A stretch of 64,000 nucleotides of DNA from Candidatus Omnitrophota bacterium (lineage in GTDB: Bacteria; Omnitrophota; Gorgyraeia; Zapsychrales; Zapsychraceae). Below, piece after piece: positions 51,237 to 60,505 of the stretch (position 1 is the stretch's first letter; every line of letters starts with the position of its first letter). The position numbers were made by a program, and so were the translations under genes. Below the pieces are notes generated by a model. That model searched no databases and was not told the DNA's origin. It saw only the letters and a list, made by a program, of their open reading frames with translations. The stretch spans positions 38,055-102,054 of the forward strand of contig JANQMA010000050.1 of the NCBI GenBank assembly GCA_028280285.1. Reading direction: 5' to 3'.

Positions 51237-52913
51237 ATGATGGTTTTTATCCGAACGCTTCTCATTTTATTTATTATGACCATGGAAATCCTCTTACCGC
51301 CAGAGCTTGTTGCACAGCCCAGTACTTCGGCGCAAAATGTCAGTTCACAGAAACCATCCATAAATCCCCGGCAAGAGAGCAGGCCTGTTTATGGAGGGAC
51401 ATTACGCTGGGGTGTTGCGACAAAGCCGACGATTATTAATCCGATCCTTACACAAACAGGCGTTTCTGCCACCATTGCACAGCTGATATCAGATCCATTA
51501 GTAAGAATTGACCACAGAGGTAATCTTGTTCCAGGGGTGGCGAAGTCATGGGGTATTTCCGAAGATGGCCTTGTCTATACCCTTCATTTAAGGCCGGGTG
51601 TTTTGTTTCATGATGGGGTTGAATTAACAGCCGAAGACGTTGTCTTTACCTATAATCAAACGATTGATCCTAAAAATAACTCTCCTTTTCGATCTCATTT
51701 TGTCTTAGTGAAATCCTTTGAAGCTATAGACCGTTACACGTTTAGGATTACATTAAAAGAGCTTTTCCCTAATCTTCTTGGGAAATTATTTTTAGAAATT
51801 ATACCTAAACATATTTTAAAAAATGAAGATTTACATAATACTGATTTTAATTATAACCCAATCGGGACCGGACCTTTCCGTTTTGTCTCCTGGGACCAAG
51901 AGTCGCACAATATTAAATTGGAAACGAATCCTGATTATTTTGAGGGCAGGCCTTATCTCGATGGCATTGATATAAAGTTGTATGACGACAATGAGCGGGT
52001 TTGGATCGGGCTCATGCAAAAAGAAATTGATTTGGCTCAATTTATCAGCCGGGAGAACTTTCTTCATATTAAAAATGATGATGCGTTTAAAAACTATAAA
52101 TTTTCTTTCGGGATGTATTATGCCATGCGTTATAACCTCAAAGATTCCATATGGCGTGATAAAGAATTGCGCAAGGCGGTCGCATATGCGATTAATAAAA
52201 AAGATATTATGAAAAGACTGCCTAAGTTTGATGGGGCTGAAAGCACAGGGCCTTTTCACACATCTTCGGAAGGGTATGATCATGCGATTAAACCTTTTGC
52301 CTATAATCCGGTCAAGGCCAAGCAGATATTGATGCATCGCGGGTGGAAGGCTTTGAGCCAGGATGTCTATGGTGGGGAAAACACGATACGGACCAAACAT
52401 GGGCAAGAGTTGGAGTTGAAAGTACTGGTTAATACAACTAATGACATTTACAAAAATATTATTGCCATGATGCGCCAGCAATTATCAGAGATCGGGATAA
52501 AGTTAATTGTCTTGCCCTATTATGACGAGAAGGAATTGACAGAGGAGTATCTTAATGAGCATCAACCGCAGGCATGGCTGAGGATTTTTGTGGGGCATGG
52601 ACTTGATAAATTTGATAATTATGATGCGGCCATTAATTGGTATTCATTATCTGATCGAGAAGGAGAATGGTGGAATTATAAAAATGAAGAAGTTGACGCT
52701 CTTTTTGAATTATCAAGAAGGACTCAAGACAAGATAGAAAGAGTTACGATTTATAAAAGAATCCATCAAATTGTCTATGAAGATCAGCCGGCTTGTTTTT
52801 TATTCTTTCCTGAATTTTATTTTGCCATCAATGCGAATTTTAAAAATACCGACGATTATTTTTCGATGGGCATGTCCACATGGATGATCAAGGATTGGTA
52901 TTACAGGCCTTAG
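51237..52913 (+). CDS. ABC transporter substrate-binding protein, family 5 (peptide/oligopeptide/nickel type)
   Basis: Signal/TM N-terminus; GGTLRWGV...DPLVR...LVPGVAKSW as in SBP_bac_5. No permease or ATPase genes adjacent. Confidence 0.75.
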   Translation: MMVFIRTLLILFIMTMEILLPPELVAQPSTSAQNVSSQKPSINPRQESRPVYGGTLRWGVATKPTIINPILTQTGVSATIAQLISDPLVRIDHRGNLVPGVAKSWGISEDGLVYTLHLRPGVLFHDGVELTAEDVVFTYNQTIDPKNNSPFRSHFVLVKSFEAIDRYTFRITLKELFPNLLGKLFLEIIPKHILKNEDLHNTDFNYNPIGTGPFRFVSWDQESHNIKLETNPDYFEGRPYLDGIDIKLYDDNERVWIGLMQKEIDLAQFISRENFLHIKNDDAFKNYKFSFGMYYAMRYNLKDSIWRDKELRKAVAYAINKKDIMKRLPKFDGAESTGPFHTSSEGYDHAIKPFAYNPVKAKQILMHRGWKALSQDVYGGENTIRTKHGQELELKVLVNTTNDIYKNIIAMMRQQLSEIGIKLIVLPYYDEKELTEEYLNEHQPQAWLRIFVGHGLDKFDNYDAAINWYSLSDREGEWWNYKNEEVDALFELSRRTQDKIERVTIYKRIHQIVYEDQPACFLFFPEFYFAINANFKNTDDYFSMGMSTWMIKDWYYRP

Positions 52914-52950
52914 CCTTTAACCGTTTTTAATCTTGAAAGGAGGTGATAGA

Positions 52951-53064
52951 GTGGAAATTATCCAACAAGGGACCGAAGATATTACAGAAATGGATTCGCT
53001 TTCATGTTGTTGGCCGCCAGGGACTATGAACTTTCACTTTGGAGCGCCTGAGGAAATGGAATAA
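52951..53064 (+). CDS. Small acidic peptide (37 aa), candidate RiPP precursor or signalling peptide
   Basis: GAAAGGAGGTGATAGA-GTG: perfect SD 7 nt from the GTG start. Encodes (M)EIIQQGTEDITEMDSLSCCWPPGTMNFHFGAPEEME. Sits 137 nt upstream of an rSAM-SPASM gene. Absent from the track only because it is under 60 aa. Confidence 0.55.
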   Translation: MEIIQQGTEDITEMDSLSCCWPPGTMNFHFGAPEEME

Positions 53065-53201
53065 ACCCGGTAAAACAAGGTCGTATTGGCATATAGCAGA
53101 CAGGTATTGATGCACCGCTTAACATTTGTACTTTAAATTAAGAAGAGCAAGACAGCAGATTCATCATATAGCCAATACGGCCTTGTAGATAGGATAAAGA
53201 T

Positions 53202-54611
53202 ATGAAAATTTCAAGTCATACGATTATTGTTGAGGATTATCCATCTAGAGGCGAACATCTGGTTTATAGCACACGCACACAGTTTCTCGGTAAAATTGAC
53301 GAGCGCTTAAGAGATGTCTTAAAAAATTTAGGATCTGAAAATTACTTTCTCGATAGTGAAGATAAAAATAATCTGGCCCAACTATATCGAAGAGGAGTCC
53401 TGGTTCGGGACAAGGAAGAAGAACAGCAAAAACTTAAAGAACATCTGAGGCAAATTAAGCATGGGTATAGCCGGTCTAAATTGGTTGTTACTATTTTAAC
53501 CACCTATGCCTGTAATTTTAAATGCACCTATTGTTTTGAAGAAAGCTCACGGGAAAACATTAAGCTCAGTTTTGAAACACAAGAGCATGTGATCAGCTGG
53601 CTTAAGGGTCAGATGAAACAGTTTGGTTATCAGAGTTTAAATATTAATTATTACGGTGGTGAGCCGCTTCTCAATCAACCGGCGATCGATAACATTTCCT
53701 CTGTTATGAAAACCTGGTGTGAAGAGCGACAGATCGGTTTTGCTATGTCCATTCAAACAAACGGCTATCTGTTAACACCGGAAATTGTTGAAAGGTATAA
53801 AAAGTTAAATTTAATCTCTATCCGTATCAGTGTTGACGGTGTTGGAGAAGATCATGATAAAAACCGTCCTCTGCGTGGTGGTGGGGGAACCTTTGAAAGG
53901 ATTATTCAAAATATCTGCGACTGTGTTGATTTGATCTATATTGGGATATCGATCGGTTTTGAAGGTGGTGATGTGAAACCAATTGAAAGGCTTTTAAATC
54001 ACTTTGATGATTTAGGGATATTGCACAAGTTGGGGCGCATCATTTATTCACCTATTAATCCGACATTAGGCGGCAAAGGCCAGCCGCAGGCGATACGCAG
54101 TTCTGATTGCATGTGTAATTCAGAAGATGCGGTTTTTTCGCGTTCGGTTAAACGGATTAATGAACTGTTGGATCAAAAGGGTATTCCTGAAAAAACCAGC
54201 GGGATGTCGACATCTGTGTGTCCACTGACACGGGAAAACGGTGGCGTGACCATTGATCAAGAGGGGCGTTTATATAAGTGTAATTCATTGCTAGGCCATC
54301 CGGAGTTTGCGGTGGGTGATGTCCGCCAGGATAAGTTTAATGAAACAGGCAATGAGTTTCGGGATCTAGATGTGTGGAAACAGTGCCCGACCGATTGTAC
54401 CTATCTTCCCATGTGCAGCGGTGGCTGCCGTTTGATGTCTTTTGTCGGTGGACACAAAAACTTTAGAGTGCCGTCTTGTAAAAAGGTGTATATGAATGAA
54501 ATGGCCCCTGAATTTATCAAAAGAGACTATGACCGGCTGGTTGAAAATAGCCGTAAACAAATGAAAGGAGAAAGCAGGCCTCAACTGGTGAAATCCGCCA
54601 GTATAAAATAA
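53202..54611 (+). CDS. Radical SAM / SPASM-domain peptide-modifying enzyme with an N-terminal RRE-like extension
   Basis: ~95-aa N-terminal extension (HTIIVEDYPSRGEHLVYSTRTQFLGKIDERLRDVLKNL) resembling PqqD-type RiPP recognition elements. CNFKCTYC rSAM cluster. C-terminal SPASM region with 7 or more Cys (CPLT...CNSLLG...CPTDC...CSGGCR). Confidence 0.75.
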   Translation: MKISSHTIIVEDYPSRGEHLVYSTRTQFLGKIDERLRDVLKNLGSENYFLDSEDKNNLAQLYRRGVLVRDKEEEQQKLKEHLRQIKHGYSRSKLVVTILTTYACNFKCTYCFEESSRENIKLSFETQEHVISWLKGQMKQFGYQSLNINYYGGEPLLNQPAIDNISSVMKTWCEERQIGFAMSIQTNGYLLTPEIVERYKKLNLISIRISVDGVGEDHDKNRPLRGGGGTFERIIQNICDCVDLIYIGISIGFEGGDVKPIERLLNHFDDLGILHKLGRIIYSPINPTLGGKGQPQAIRSSDCMCNSEDAVFSRSVKRINELLDQKGIPEKTSGMSTSVCPLTRENGGVTIDQEGRLYKCNSLLGHPEFAVGDVRQDKFNETGNEFRDLDVWKQCPTDCTYLPMCSGGCRLMSFVGGHKNFRVPSCKKVYMNEMAPEFIKRDYDRLVENSRKQMKGESRPQLVKSASIK

Positions 54612-54644
54612 TCTTTTGAACAAAAAAGAGTTCTGTAGTAGGCT

Positions 54645-56480
54645 ATGTATTCAATGAAGCAACTTGCCCAACTTCTTAGACGATGTATACCGAAAAAAAT
54701 ATGGCTACAGGCATTTCTGGTATTGGTGTGCGTTATTATTATTCCTTTGATTGTGCTCGGCGCCCTGCTTGTTAATACCAGTCAGAAGGCTATTAAAACA
54801 TCTGTTTTCCGTGACCACAAAGAGGTGGCTGTTCATGCCACGGACAAGGTCGAAGAGCATATCAAAGGCGCACGGCAGTCCATCTTGGTGACAGCTTCTA
54901 TCCTCGGAACACTCCATGCCGATTCATGGCGGCAAGAAACAGCGATTGTTGAACTATCTCTGCGCAATCCCGCTTTTCAGCGTATTGCATCGGTTGACCT
55001 CAATGGAGAGGAAATTGCCAGCTCTGAGCTTGGCAGTGCGCCTCAAAATAGAGGTAATGAAGAGGCGTTTCAACAGGCCATAGCCGGTGCATCGTATATT
55101 TCTCACATTAAAATTTCTGAAGATCAAATACCTTATCTGACCCTGGCTGAGCCGATTAAAGAGTTTGGACAAGTTAAGGGTGTTTTAATGAGCGAACTTA
55201 ATGTAAGAAGTGTTTGGGATATTATTGATAATATTCATTTCGGCGAAACAGGCCGAGCATTTCTGATTGATCACCATGGCCGGATTATAGCCCATCCGGA
55301 TAAAAAACGTGTCCTTCAAAACGAACATATTCCTTACCCAAGTATTTTAGAAAGTATATTATTAGGCCAAGCAGGAAATATGGAAAAAATAAGGGAGGAT
55401 GGAGAGCGTTTGTTGATTTCTTATGCACCGGTTGTTAATCCCGATTGGGGCCTTGTTATTACTCAACCTGAGCGCGAAGCCTATGCTTTTTTAACGGTGA
55501 TGAAGCTTCAATCATGGGGGACTATTTTATTAAGTGCTTGTGTTGCTATGATTTTGAGTTTACTGCTTGCCAGATACATGAGTCGTAACATCGAAAATAT
55601 TGTCTCAGGCACGCAGCGTGTGGCCAAAGGAGATTTTTCACATCATTTTCCGATTAAACAGCGAAATGAAATCGGCAAGCTTCTTTTTTCATTTAATCGT
55701 ATGACATCGAAGCTGCGTAAGGCACGGGATGTGGAAAAATTATCTGTTATCGGTAAGGCGGCGGCAGCCGTCGCGCATGAACTTAAAAATTCACTTGTGC
55801 TTATCACAACGTTTGTTGAGCTTTTGCCCGAACGTCATCGTGATAAAAAATTTATTAAAGAATTTTCCGAGACGATACCGAAAGAGCTTGACAGTTGGAA
55901 TACATCACTTCGCAACATGATGGTTTTTTCACGGAGTTATTCCAGTTTCCCAACTTATGATACAAATGTTAATGACATTATTAAAGAAATAAGTCTTCTA
56001 GCAAAAATGAAGGCGCGGCAATTGGATATTCATTTTAATGAAAGTCTTGAACAAAATATTTCTTTGATCAATGGCAATAAAGATAAACTTAAACAAGTTT
56101 TGTTAAATCTTGTTACGAATGCGCTGGAAGCAACCCCGGGTGGTGGTCAAATAGATGTCGTGACACGCAATATTGTATCGGATAAATCAAAAAATGGTTC
56201 GGCTGATCGCTATGTTGAGGTTTCTGTATCCAATACGGTGAGTGATGGCTGTCCGGATGATTTAGATAAAATTTTTAATCCGTTTCATACGACCAAAGCA
56301 GGTGGTCTCGGTTTAGGCCTTTCGATCAGTAAAGAAATTATGGACCGTCACAATGGCAGCATTGATGTTTCATTTAATGAAGAGAATCAGTCGCTGTGTT
56401 TTGTTGTTAAGTTACCTGTTACATCTGAAATGGCATCGCGTGTGATTCCTCAAATACCATCAGTTAAATCACATCTTTGA
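54645..56480 (+). CDS. Sensor histidine kinase with periplasmic Cache-like domain, HAMP, HisKA and HATPase
   Basis: TM1, ~280-aa periplasmic domain, TM2, HAMP, H-box AHELKN, N/G boxes NLVTNALEAT and GGLGLGLSI. Confidence 0.8.
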   Translation: MYSMKQLAQLLRRCIPKKIWLQAFLVLVCVIIIPLIVLGALLVNTSQKAIKTSVFRDHKEVAVHATDKVEEHIKGARQSILVTASILGTLHADSWRQETAIVELSLRNPAFQRIASVDLNGEEIASSELGSAPQNRGNEEAFQQAIAGASYISHIKISEDQIPYLTLAEPIKEFGQVKGVLMSELNVRSVWDIIDNIHFGETGRAFLIDHHGRIIAHPDKKRVLQNEHIPYPSILESILLGQAGNMEKIREDGERLLISYAPVVNPDWGLVITQPEREAYAFLTVMKLQSWGTILLSACVAMILSLLLARYMSRNIENIVSGTQRVAKGDFSHHFPIKQRNEIGKLLFSFNRMTSKLRKARDVEKLSVIGKAAAAVAHELKNSLVLITTFVELLPERHRDKKFIKEFSETIPKELDSWNTSLRNMMVFSRSYSSFPTYDTNVNDIIKEISLLAKMKARQLDIHFNESLEQNISLINGNKDKLKQVLLNLVTNALEATPGGGQIDVVTRNIVSDKSKNGSADRYVEVSVSNTVSDGCPDDLDKIFNPFHTTKAGGLGLGLSISKEIMDRHNGSIDVSFNEENQSLCFVVKLPVTSEMASRVIPQIPSVKSHL

Positions 56481-56672
56481 ATCAGTATTTTCTTGAATAA
56501 TGATGGGGATCTTATTATCAATAAATAGTTTATGCGATTTTAGTAGAAAAAGGTTAGTTTTTTTGACTTTTAGCCCATTTACAAGAAAAATTGAATGCAT
56601 AGAATAAATGGAATCCTGCGGCTTAAGCCGTCGCAGCCTTTTGTTCAATGACTTATCAGTTGGGAGGTAGTT

Positions 56673-57398
56673 ATGTTATCTGAAAAAATTGTAGTTATTG
56701 ACGATGATTCCAGGATCGTCAAAAGTTTGAAGATGGCGTTGATTGGCTATGAGATCAAAGATTTTTCTGATGCCAAAACCGCGCTCAATTATTTGTGTAA
56801 ACCAAACATGATTCATTTGGTTATGCTTGATATTATGATGCCGGGGATTGATGGGCTTAAAGCGCTTCAAGAAATCAAAAAAATTAATAAAGATATCGCG
56901 GTTATTATGATGACCGCTTATAGCACAAAGGATGTGGCGATCGAAGCCTTGCGTCTTAAGGCGGATGAGTTTATTGAGAAGCCTTTTCAGGTTAATGATG
57001 TCAAATCGAAGATCCAGAGGATTTTGCATGAAAAATTGCAAAACGGCCAGGTTAAAAGCAGTAATGGCGGATATGTTGACCGCATTAAGACTTTTGTTAA
57101 ACGCAATCAGAAGAATGCGACTTTGGATTTTATAGGCGAAGAAATGTCGCTCAGTCCTAAATATATTAGTCGCATGTTTAGTAAAAAGAACGGGGTTAGT
57201 TTTCGTGACTTTAAACTACAAACCAAAATTGAGAAAGCCAAAGAATTGCTTAAAAAATCTCATTTAAATATTACAGAGATTGCCTTTGAGTTGGGGTATC
57301 AAAACCCTGAATCATTTATGCGTCTGTTTAAACGTTTAACTAATTTAACACCCTCGCAATATAGAAAGAAGTTCGGTAAAAGAAAAATACGCTGTTAA
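56673..57398 (+). CDS. Response regulator, REC plus AraC-type HTH
   Basis: VIDDDS...LDIMMPGIDG...MMTAYS...EKPF receiver; C-terminal AraC HTH (ITEIAFELGYQNPESFMRLFKR). Confidence 0.8.
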   Translation: MLSEKIVVIDDDSRIVKSLKMALIGYEIKDFSDAKTALNYLCKPNMIHLVMLDIMMPGIDGLKALQEIKKINKDIAVIMMTAYSTKDVAIEALRLKADEFIEKPFQVNDVKSKIQRILHEKLQNGQVKSSNGGYVDRIKTFVKRNQKNATLDFIGEEMSLSPKYISRMFSKKNGVSFRDFKLQTKIEKAKELLKKSHLNITEIAFELGYQNPESFMRLFKRLTNLTPSQYRKKFGKRKIRC

Positions 57399-57411
57399 CC
57401 AAAATGAGGAA

Positions 57412-57801
57412 ATGATGATGAATCAGAAAATTCTTGTGATCGATGGTCATCCTGTGTATATCAAAAAAACCGAAGGTTTTTTAAGGGGACTTACCTTGCA
57501 AAATATTACGCTTGCTAAAACTGGCGAAGAAGGGCTTATCAGATTTAAGGCGGATGCTCCCGATTTAGTTATTTTAAGCGGCATGCTGCCGGATACAAGT
57601 AGCGTCGATGTGTGCGCGGTGATCAAAGAACATAATCCGCGTATAGTGGTGATTGTTCAAACCGGTCTTTTCACGTCGGACGAGACGATCAAAAATTTCA
57701 AGGCGTGTGGGGCGGATTTCATTTTGGAACGCCAAGAAAAAGATTTAAAGCCGCTTCAGGATGCGGTTGAGGATTTTTTGTGTAAGTCTAGTCGTGCATA
57801 A
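57412..57801 (+). CDS. Stand-alone receiver-like protein lacking the phospho-acceptor Asp (pseudo-receiver)
   Basis: Receiver fold, but the ISDWNMP position reads ILSGMLP (Asp to Ser). The acidic pair reads DG, and the conserved Lys position is not Lys. Confidence 0.6.
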   Translation: MMMNQKILVIDGHPVYIKKTEGFLRGLTLQNITLAKTGEEGLIRFKADAPDLVILSGMLPDTSSVDVCAVIKEHNPRIVVIVQTGLFTSDETIKNFKACGADFILERQEKDLKPLQDAVEDFLCKSSRA

Positions 57802-57885
57802 TCTTGCCTAAATATCTTCTGTGCCATTCTTTCTGGTTTTTGGTATAATTAATATTCATTGAGTTATTTGGCTCGAGTTAGCCGT

Positions 57886-58080
57886 TTGCATTGGAATGCT
57901 GAGTGACTGAAATCGTCTTCCAAAAAATAAACGATTTCCGGAACGAAGCAGCCAATGCAGAAACCTAACGAGAGCTTTATGTATGATTGGTAGTATTCCT
58001 CGCTTCGAACAGTCCTCGCGCTATTTTTGCTACTACAAAAATTAGCGCTGCGGATACTCGCTCGTGAATACTACCAATCA
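57886..58080. repeat. Two adjacent long hairpins in the 5' region of the kinase-like gene, the second with 15-bp perfect inverted ends
   Basis: First hairpin: tgcattgg...gaaatcgt...acgatttc...ccaatgca. Second hairpin: tgattggtagtattc ... gaatactaccaatca with heptad-like interior. An extended -10 (tggtataat) lies at 57841-57849 upstream. Confidence 0.55.
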
Positions 58081-58089
58081 ATTTTTACT

Positions 58090-58824
58090 ATGTTAAAAAA
58101 ACCAAAAATCAAAATCGATGCCTTTGGTTTTCAGCCGGGCGATACTATTCTGAGCAAATATGAAATTATCGATAAGCTAGGCTCCGGCTGGGAAGGAGAG
58201 GTTTATAAGATCAAAGAGATTGCGACGGATATTGAACGAACAGCCAAAATCTTTTTCCCGCAACGCAATATCCGCAATAAAGCCTCCCGTTTTTACGCCC
58301 GCAAATTACATAAATTAAGACAGTGCCATATTGTTATTCATTATCATAATGAAGAAACGATCTATATTGATGGTATTCCGATTACTGTTTTGATTTCTGA
58401 ATATGTGGAGGGAGCGCTGTTTTCGGATTTTCTTCAAAAGTTTCCCAGAAAGCGGTTAACCCCGTTTCAAGCGCTACACCTGCTTTACGCGCTTGCGCGA
58501 GGCATTGAGGAAATTCATCTGCGCAATGATTATCACGGCGATCTGCATACCGATAATATTATTGTGAACCGCTTTGGCCTCAACTTTCATTTGAAGCTTT
58601 TGGATATGTTTCACTGGGGTTCGCCAACAAAGAATAATCGCAATTACGATTTAACGTGCTTGGTGAGGATTTTTTATGAGTCCCTTGGTGGGGCTAAATA
58701 TTATGCCAAGCTGCCTAAGGAGATCAAATATATTTGCTGTGGTCTTAAGGATTCATTGATCTGTAAACGCTTCAAAACTGTCTCTCAGCTGCGTGAGTAT
58801 CTGGAGAAGATGCAGTGGAAGTAA
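58090..58824 (+). CDS. Protein kinase-like domain protein (Kdo/WaaP/RIO-like lipopolysaccharide kinase family)
   Basis: Gly-rich GSGWEGEVYK, catalytic-loop-like HGDLHTDNII. The track N-terminus translates the hairpin; start taken at MLKKPK. Confidence 0.5.
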   Translation: MLKKPKIKIDAFGFQPGDTILSKYEIIDKLGSGWEGEVYKIKEIATDIERTAKIFFPQRNIRNKASRFYARKLHKLRQCHIVIHYHNEETIYIDGIPITVLISEYVEGALFSDFLQKFPRKRLTPFQALHLLYALARGIEEIHLRNDYHGDLHTDNIIVNRFGLNFHLKLLDMFHWGSPTKNNRNYDLTCLVRIFYESLGGAKYYAKLPKEIKYICCGLKDSLICKRFKTVSQLREYLEKMQWK

Positions 58825-58957
58825 GGCGCTTGAGAAATCTCTGGCATATTTCGCCCTAGGTCGCTATAATAGGTGAGTTTTTTAGGAATAATCAGGTGTT
58901 TTGCCTACAGCAAATAAATGCCTGATTATTTTTGTTATAGGTGCAAGAGGGTTATTT

Positions 58958-59800
58958 ATGAAGAAATATAATCTCATCATTTTGGCTGGTGGAGAGAATG
59001 AAAAGTGGTGTAAGCAATACGGTTACAACAAAAAGCCGTTTTTGCCGCTTAATGGTAAGCCCATGCTTGACCGGGTTGTCCAGTCCTTTCGCAACAGCAT
59101 TTATATCGATAAAATCATAGTGGTTGGTCCGCGTGAGCTGGATCAGCTGGACTGCATGAAATATGTGGATAAAAGAATCCCGGAGGGCGGCTCATTTATC
59201 CAGAATCTCATTCACGGAATTGCCTATCTTAAGGCCTTTATTTATAAATTTAAACGCAATCATAATGGCTATCTTATTTCTTTTTGTGATGCGGCGTTTT
59301 TAAATACGTATGTGATTAATAAAACGATCGAGAATCTCGATCCTCACGATCCAGGGATGGTGCTTCATTATGTGCCTAAAGAAGTGATTGCGCGTCGCGG
59401 GTTTCTCGTTGAAAATAGAACATTTATGTATGTGGCGGGTAGGCCTTATACGGGGGCTAATATTTATTATGTTAAAAAGTTTAGCGCGGTCTTAAGGGTC
59501 ATTAAAGATTTAGCGGCCATGCGTAAATACCGCAAGACACCTGAGAAGATGCTCGAACACTTAGGCTGCAAGGACAAACCATATAGCGGGATTGAAAAAG
59601 TATTGTCAAAGATGATGCGGGTTAAGGTGAAGATATTTGTCTCGCCTTACGCGGAGATGGGTGTGGATATCGATAAGCCGATTGATTATGAATTGGCCAA
59701 ATCACAACTCGAAAAAACGACAAAGGATTGTCTCGCGTTCGAAGATAAGGATTTAGAAAATGTTTGTGCACAAGAGGATGAAATAGACGTTGACGCCTAA
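58958..59800 (+). CDS. Nucleotidyltransferase (MobA-like NTP-transferase fold)
   Basis: LIILAGGENEK...KPFLPLNGKPML N-terminus. Confidence 0.5.
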   Translation: MKKYNLIILAGGENEKWCKQYGYNKKPFLPLNGKPMLDRVVQSFRNSIYIDKIIVVGPRELDQLDCMKYVDKRIPEGGSFIQNLIHGIAYLKAFIYKFKRNHNGYLISFCDAAFLNTYVINKTIENLDPHDPGMVLHYVPKEVIARRGFLVENRTFMYVAGRPYTGANIYYVKKFSAVLRVIKDLAAMRKYRKTPEKMLEHLGCKDKPYSGIEKVLSKMMRVKVKIFVSPYAEMGVDIDKPIDYELAKSQLEKTTKDCLAFEDKDLENVCAQEDEIDVDA

Positions 59801-59805
59801 TTGTT

Positions 59806-60504
59806 ATGAATCTAAAGAAGATCTCACTTTTTGTTATTCTCTGCGGGTGTATTTACGGTGCGTTTCAGTTTTCTGAAGGCCGTATTGATATTCAACAAGT
59901 ATTTGACTATATTGAGGCGCTCGGTTTTTGGGCGCCTGTTTTATATGTCGGGGCTTATATTCTCATTTCGGGTTTTCTTGTCCCGTCGGTTGTGTTTAAG
60001 GTCTTTGCCGGCGCCGCGTTTGGTGTTGTCAACGGCCTTATTATCGCGTCGGTTGCGGCAGCGATTTCTTCCCTTATCAAGTTTCTCCTTGCCCGGTATT
60101 TTTTCCAAGACTCTTTCTTAAAAAAGATTCATGAGAATGCACGCCTTAATGCGATCAGCCATGTTATCGAAAGGGATGGATGGAAGATGCTTATTATGCT
60201 GCGCAATGTTCCTGTTGTCAGCGGGATGTTTCTTAATTATATATGCGGTGTTACCAAGATGCGGTCGTTTGATTTTGTGACCGCGTCATTTATCGGAAGG
60301 CTTCCCCAGACATTTGTTCTGGCTTACTTGGGATATCTTTTAGGTTATACCGTCGGGCTCGAACAAAGTGCAGGAGAAAACATTGTGGCCCAGTGGGCGA
60401 TGTTTGGTGTTGGTCTTATGGCCACGCTTGGGGCATGCTATTATGCCTTTAGACTTTATAAAAGAGTTTTGGCACGTGAAGAGGCGTTGGAGTTAGGGGT
60501 ATAG
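59806..60504 (+). CDS. DedA / TVP38 / TMEM64 (SNARE-associated) family membrane protein
   Basis: Multi-TM protein with the DedA-type re-entrant region (VFKVFAGAAFG...GRLPQTF). Confidence 0.55.
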   Translation: MNLKKISLFVILCGCIYGAFQFSEGRIDIQQVFDYIEALGFWAPVLYVGAYILISGFLVPSVVFKVFAGAAFGVVNGLIIASVAAAISSLIKFLLARYFFQDSFLKKIHENARLNAISHVIERDGWKMLIMLRNVPVVSGMFLNYICGVTKMRSFDFVTASFIGRLPQTFVLAYLGYLLGYTVGLEQSAGENIVAQWAMFGVGLMATLGACYYAFRLYKRVLAREEALELGV

Positions 60505-60505
60505 G

